A stretch of DNA of 64,000 bases from Vicugna vicugna (Eukaryota). Where the stretch lies: NCBI GenBank assembly GCA_013265495.1, contig MU058423.1, positions 7,822,721 through 7,886,720 on the forward strand, read 5' to 3'. Positions 57,241 through 64,000 of this stretch are shown here, piece after piece; position 1 is the stretch's first letter; every line of letters starts with the position of its first letter. Below the pieces are notes generated by a model. That model had not been told where the DNA came from, ran no database searches, and saw only the letters and a program-made list of their open reading frames with translations. A program made the position numbers and the translations under genes.

Positions 57241-59729
57241 TTAGTCTTTAGAGTCTCTGGGAGTAAATATTACTTTTTAAAATTAAAAAAACTTTTTTTT
57301 TCAGAAATAAATCAGTGTATATCAAATATAAAACATCTGTATCTTTTACAAAACCAAAAATCTTTTGGGAAAAAAGACAACAAAAGCACAGCCTTTATTC
57401 ATCTTTGCTTTTGTTGCCATCTGCTCTTTCTTCAATGGTAATGCAGTATTTCATTCCAAAACACCTGATATTTGGCTCTTCTTAGCATTTAAAGCAAGAG
57501 ACAGTGAAAAATCTCAGTGAAAGTAATAATGATGAAAAAAATCACACTGCGTGCCTGGGGTAGAGAAGAGTGAGATTTAACTTGGAAATACAATGGGGGG
57601 AAATTTATTTATAAGAATACCCCTCAAATTGAACTGTAAAGATCTTCAAATGTGTCATTTACCAAAGACAGTCCTACTCTCCCTAATATTCCAGATTCCA
57701 GTATGGAATGCAGTTTCTCTAGTGTCCATGCATTCTTCTGGAACACTGAGACCCTTGTTCTTTCAGCACGTTGTTTGGGTAACTGGCATATTTTGTTTTA
57801 CCACAAATTGATGTATTATTTATCTTTCTTTTTTATGTCCTACATTTTCCTTGATTATAACTAAATTATAAGCCTTTTAACAACATAAAACCTGTGTTTT
57901 CAGAGGCAAGCATGAACTGCCAAATTACTGGAGATTTCATATTACAATTCTGTTCCATTTAGTTAGTATGTTAAATAAGCTCCACTTTAAAGACATGTTC
58001 ATAATATAAGCTTTATCCCAGGAAAAGCTGAGGCAGGTTTTTAAATAATTTAAGAGTAAAATTGTGTTGATTTTGGAAAATGGAAGTATTTCGACACATT
58101 AGACACATATTTAGACACTCACTGAAAACTCCTTCTATGCCATGAAACACAGCATGTTATGTCCATTCTTATCCCTGCCTTTCCCTTGGCAGTGTAGTTG
58201 GTAAGATTAGACATGCAAATGAAAAGTTAACCAATATAAACAGATTTTACTATCATATGCATATGATAGAGACAAACTTATTTTCACTAGCTTTAATCTA
58301 CAGACTTTAAAGATCTACTTCTTGCTACATGAATTCTCCAATGGCCTTAAGTAAACAGAAATAACATTCTGTCATAAAACATATTCGCTACTCCATTTAA
58401 TTTACATATATGGGCATGGCCTTAGGATTCAAATCTAGAAGCTATTAGTCTAGGATATCACAAAGCACAATTATACATTGAGGAAATAAACAAAAAGACA
58501 GATGGTTTTTATGCTTCATTGATCCAAACTGATCTTCCTGCTGAATCCCAAATGCTATCTTCTCCTGAGCTACTTATTGATAAATATGGATTGCAACTGA
58601 TCATAAAAAATTTATGTCTCAAAATCATCAAAGTATTAAAATGGTTACTTTTGTCAACTACCCATTCAGCGCATTTTCTGAACATATGGAACTATGCACA
58701 TATAGTATATTTTAAAATGCTAATATTTTCATATCTGTCACAACTAACAGAAGAGCATAGCAGGAGAAAATCAATGAACCAGAACTCAACTTCCTTCTTT
58801 GCCATCCACTTTTGCAGGAACATTTGTCTTCCAGGCATTTTAGGAAATTATCCTTTCTGTCTGGCTTCTTGTGTCCTCACAGAAGGTGAGAGTGAAGAGA
58901 GAAAGATAATGATTATTTGAACAAAAGCCAGTTTTGAGGACCCAAGAAGTAGAAATGACTTTTACTGTTTATTTTACTTCATTTTTATAATTTCTATGCT
59001 CAGTCAGAATCTGAGAATACCTGTGTTTACTTAACACTACCACAAAATTACAACTAAGTGTGGCCAGGTTTTATAAATTGCTGAAACTTTAATTTTACTA
59101 ATTTCACTCAACAAGATAAATTTTAGCTTAGAAATCTAACAACTATTTCTAAAAGAAATTTCTAGAAAGAAATCCCTTGAGAGCCCTTTCTATTTTTTGC
59201 TTCCCAAGAATATGGGTAGATATGATGATGACCACAATTATGATCACCCAGATGGTGTGTGTTTGTTTTACAACTAGAAATACCACCTTTTCCCCATCAA
59301 CTTAAGTATCTACTGATCCCCTACATCCCCTTAATTAGAATAACAAAATGTCAAGCTTCAGAACTTCCATTTTAGAGATGATACAACTCCATCTCAGAGA
59401 ATAAGTGCATTACCCAATACTATGTGATGATTCAATGTTGTGGCTGAGATTAGAAACCACATCCCTAACACCAACCTCAGGATTCTAACCTGGATAAATA
59501 TACTACACAAAGAACATTTCCCAGAAAATTGTGGAAGTAAAAACAGAGAGACAACACCAACAACAAAAACATAAATAGAGACAGAGTTTATAAATAGATT
59601 AAACTACCAACTGCTCATGAAATTGTTTAGTTATTCTCTTTCACAACAGTTTCTCCCTCTCCACTAGACTATTTATAAAGGCAAACAAATCTTTATTAAA
59701 CAACAACAGGAACACCAGAACAAGAATAA

Positions 59730-61475
59730 AATTTTCCCATAACCCCCCATTTCCCTGCTGCTTCTCCTCTGAAAGAATATTTGATAGTTGCTGATTTGGT
59801 TTGTAGTCTTTTAAAAACCAACTCTAACTCAGCTTTTGATCCCAACATTCTCTTCATTTGATTCTTGTAACCACCGATGACTTCTTGCTGCCAAAATCCA
59901 TGGTCATTTCTTTGATTTTCTAGATACTTTTATATTCCCCAGAGGTCAGTATGTCATCCTTCTTAAAAGATTCTCCTCTTTAGGATTTCTTAACACTGCA
60001 CTATTTTTCCTACCCCATTTATAGCTTCTTATTGGGCTCCTTTGCTGGGTACCATTAAAATTTTGATGCCCCAGAACTCTGTTCTAGATGCCTTCATCTT
60101 CTTTGTGTATGTCCTCTCTCCGAGGCTCTGGCTTTCCCCATTGTCACTGTGCTGAAGATTGTCAAAACTGTGTTTCAGAAGGATGTCTGCTATGTAGATT
60201 TGTATACTATCATCTCTACAACTCCACTGGCACAGATAATAGTCATGAACAACTTAAAATAGCCCATATTGAATTCTTGATTTTTCTTTCTAAACTCATT
60301 TCTTCTTTAGTCATTTCATCTGAGTAAATGACACTACAATCTGACCTTCTGAACAAGCCAAATACCTGTAAACTGTTTTTCAATTTGAGATTTTCCTTAA
60401 CTTCTCTTTTCACCCTAAAATCTAATCCAAAGCCTGGTCCTATCAACTTTATCCAAAAACAAACAAAAAACCCAAATCCATCTATTTTCCTCCATCTTCA
60501 TCCCCACTTTTCATTACCTCTCACCTGGCCAATGTGATAACATTCAACTGGTCTCTCTGCCTATACTCGTTATCCTCTACAATTAATTTCCTATATTAGC
60601 TGGGCTAGTCTTTTTAAAATGTAGCCCACGTTCTGTCACTTCCCTACTTTCTTAAAATCCTCCAACAGCTTTCCATCATACTCAGAAAAAAATCCAGGTA
60701 CTCACTCTGATTTTATAAAGCTTCATTCCATTCACCTCTCCAACCTCATCTACTTTTCCAGGTGTGCTCTAGACACACTAGCCTCTTCCACTTTTATCTT
60801 GATTTCTCTTAGTTCACCAAGCATATCCAAATTCAGGGCCTTTGCAAGAACAATAATAATAGCTAACATTTATTAGATAATTAACTGTATACTGAACACT
60901 ATTTGAAACACTTAGCATGAATTTTTGAATTATTCCTCCCAATACCTTGTGAGTTAGATATTATTACTAGTGTTATCCATGAGACACTGAGAGGTTAAAG
61001 ATTGTTTAAGGCCCCTGGAGAGTGAGTGATAGAATCAGGATTCAAATCCAGGAAGCTTTCTTAAACCATGCCTCCGATTACTTTAAAATGCTGCTGTCCT
61101 CTAGTTGATCCACTGCTTAAACATCTTTCTCTTCAACTTAATGTGTCCATGGCTGACTCCTTGTCAATTAGATCTCAGATTATGTATCACCTTTTTTGAG
61201 AAGTCTTCTCTATTTACCAGTGTAAAGCAACTCCCCTGTCACTCCTTACCAAATTGCCAGATATTTAAATATTTGCATGAAATTTATTCCTACCTGATAT
61301 ATTTAGCTTCTCTGCTTAAAGTTCATTCAAATTATTTTCTCTCTCTTCTCAGCAAAATGTAATCTTCACCAGAACAGAGGTGTCATGTCTTACTCATAAC
61401 TGTAATTCTAGTACCAAGAAACAGTGTTTGATGCTCGTTAAATCTTGGATGAATGAATAAACGAGTGAGTGAATG
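59730..61475 (+). mobile_element. L2 LINE fragment, interrupted by a minus-strand MIR (about 60850-61070)
   Basis: accgatgacttcttgctgccaaaatccatggtcatttc; cttaaaatcctccaacagctttccatcatactcagaa; 3' end gtaccaagaaacagtgtttgatgctcgttaaatcttggatgaatgaata. Confidence 0.7.
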
Positions 61476-64000
61476 AAACACTCCTGTCTGGAGCACATCC
61501 AAACTCCCTTCTTTTAGCACCCAAGTTTGTGCTTTCTGAGGTAGAATTGACTAGAATAAGAATCAAATACCCCCACCAAATAAGGTAGATGGTAAAAGAG
61601 TTCATTAGCCAATAGGCCACTCCACCACGATCATCCAAAGTGGAAGAATTTTATGCAAAGCACTTTATCCATGACTCAGTATAGAGTAAAGGACATTGTC
61701 ATACATTATTACCACAGACCTATTTTGGATTTTAAGCAAGTTTATTGACATGGAGTCCAAAATTTTCAGTGCACTACTATTTCAGATTAAGAAACTAAAA
61801 GGCTCGTTTAAGATATATACAAATATTTATTTTTAAATTGTTAATACTTTGGGTCATTAATTCTTCACTTCAAGTGTGCTTTGTAGAATTATACTACAAA
61901 AATTGGTTTACTCAAAGGCTGTGACTTTGGGATAGAATGTTGTGGTGGACTGAAGTCAAATTCAGGGTGGTGCCAGGAAGAAAAATGCTGGTATCGCACA
62001 TTGTGAGTCACTGGGCTAAGGAGGGATACCTGATGAGTGACAGACATGGAGGAACAATGGAGAAAGCAATACATATAGAAGAATCAAAGCATAAAAAATT
62101 AAAGTTCGTAAGTATTCAAAGGATCTTCCCTGGTCAGAGACTAGATATGAGGTATCTTTGTTTGGAACTAGAGCTAACATAGCTTCACGTGCATATTTTA
62201 AAAATGGTTTATATCTAACTTAAAATCCCATTCAATGAAATATCACAGAGTTAAAGTTTGCAAAACTATATTGATTTACTAGATAGTAGAGATAAGTTTT
62301 CTTCACACAGACAACTTACCATTAAGACACATGTGCAGGACCAAATCAGTGAGACTTAATAAGAAATGTTACTGCATTAAACTTGTCATTTCTAGACTCT
62401 CACATTCATTTTTTATAGAAAATCAAACATGGGAGATCAGCTGAATTTGCTTGTTTCTTTCTATGTGTGACAATTTATGGGCATATTTTGTAGAAGAGCA
62501 GAGGTAAATGTGGCTTAAAATGAGATACATTTCACATTACCTAGAAAGTGCTATTATACATTTCAGTACTCAGGGCTGGATTTCTATAATTTTTATTTAA
62601 TATCAACAGATATTCAATGCATTCAATGTTACATCATTTTCTTCTCAATATAAATTTGGTCTGAAATAATTTCTTCACTTAACTTTCCTTGCCAGTTAAT
62701 TCAAAAGAAGAAAAAGAAGAAAAGAAATAGAAAGGATAAGCATAAGCAATTGTACTTTGAGAAGCTACAACTGACGAACCTATTTTGTCTCCCTGTTTGC
62801 CTTATAACCACAGTACCTAGCATAGTCCTGGGTACATAACGAGTTCTCAGTAAATGGTTATTAAATGAATACATTAATTATTTTACATTTAAATCATAAC
62901 TATTTTACCCTCTGCAATGTTTCAGAGAAAAAGCCTACTGCTGCAAAAAAGAAAGCAAAGTCATTTTTAATTTAGGTGTCAGAAGCTTTTAACACCTGGT
63001 ATAATTTCTGTCTTAATTCTTGGTCTAAACAGTTCATAAGGCTTAGCAGCATCTCTTTCCCAGATGCAGCACTGGATTAGAGCCAACCACCACAGAAGCC
63101 AACATGCACTGTCACTTTTTGGAAATGCTGATTCATGAGACTCACGGCATGATTCTTAGTCCCAAAGACAGTTCTTACGCAGGTTTTACTAATCCGTATC
63201 ACTCAGTTCATATTAAAGTCATATCTAAAGAAACTGAATCCGAAGGACCATTAAACCCAGAAAACAATCAGCAACTAAACTATGTATACAACTGAGAGAA
63301 ATATGAGCTTTGTGTCTTCTTGCTTTGTCCACACTATGCTTCAGTCTTCAGGCAACAGAGACTACCTATAGCAAAGAGACCAATTTTGCTGATAAGGTAG
63401 GTTAAAAACCTCAGTTTGAAATTTAATTTTACAGTTTGACCATCTAAAATGTTAAATCAAACTTTGTAACTACAAATCTCTATTCACTTTCAGTATCAAA
63501 ACCACCTGAGGTCACCAAATTTCTTACTGATTGTGTTTTATACTGACTGTGTTTCCATTTGGCTATTTCCTCTGGGTGTAAAGATTTTGTGAGGATGAAC
63601 ATTCTACTATGTTTATATTTTGTATTTGGGATATTATATTGATTTATATTCAGAACAAATTTGAACTGACTTCTGAGAGTCTATGTACCTTTTTTTTCAG
63701 ATGATTATGAAAGATCACTTTTAAAAAGGTATTTTTTGAGAAATTTTAATTTTGCCTCCTAGTCTTTAAGAGCATATTTTTCCAAGATCATAATCACTTA
63801 TTATTTTGAAATATAATATACAATATTTCTACTTGAATCACATGACTAGCATCTTTTAGTAGAGCTCCTACACATGTACTAACCAATGTAATTACATATT
63901 GGCTTTTCTTAATATCTATATGAAGTAACTGAAAAAAAAGTCACAATTCAGAATTAGGATAGATCCTAATTCTTTTAAGGTTAAGAGTTAAAGAGAGATT

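Overview
This is AT-rich mammalian genomic DNA. It is probably camelid (alpaca/llama/camel), judged from two tRNA-Ala-derived vic-1-like SINEs and cetartiodactyl-type L1 3' ends. The window holds part of OLFM3 (olfactomedin-3/noelin-3/optimedin) on the + strand. Four coding exons are visible, at 28270-28398, 37845-37991, 44043-44198 and 50993-51212. They splice in frame via GT-AG introns into the N-terminal leader, Cys-containing and coiled-coil regions. I did not find the olfactomedin-domain exons, which presumably lie beyond the right edge. The rest is intron/upstream DNA containing old interspersed repeats (MIR, L2, L3/CR1, MER5A, MER33, MLT1, L1M) and a few younger ones. A 2346-bp near-identical direct repeat flanks a 24-N gap (44653-49368) and is most likely an assembly artefact. 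Almost all ORF-track entries are spurious. I found no convincing novel biological system. The best leads are a possible truncated intronic-polyA OLFM3 isoform, a uORF plus alternative start codon, RE1-like sites, a chimeric L1 and a clustered-variant patch in the duplication. Repeat family names and boundaries come from visual recognition and are approximate.
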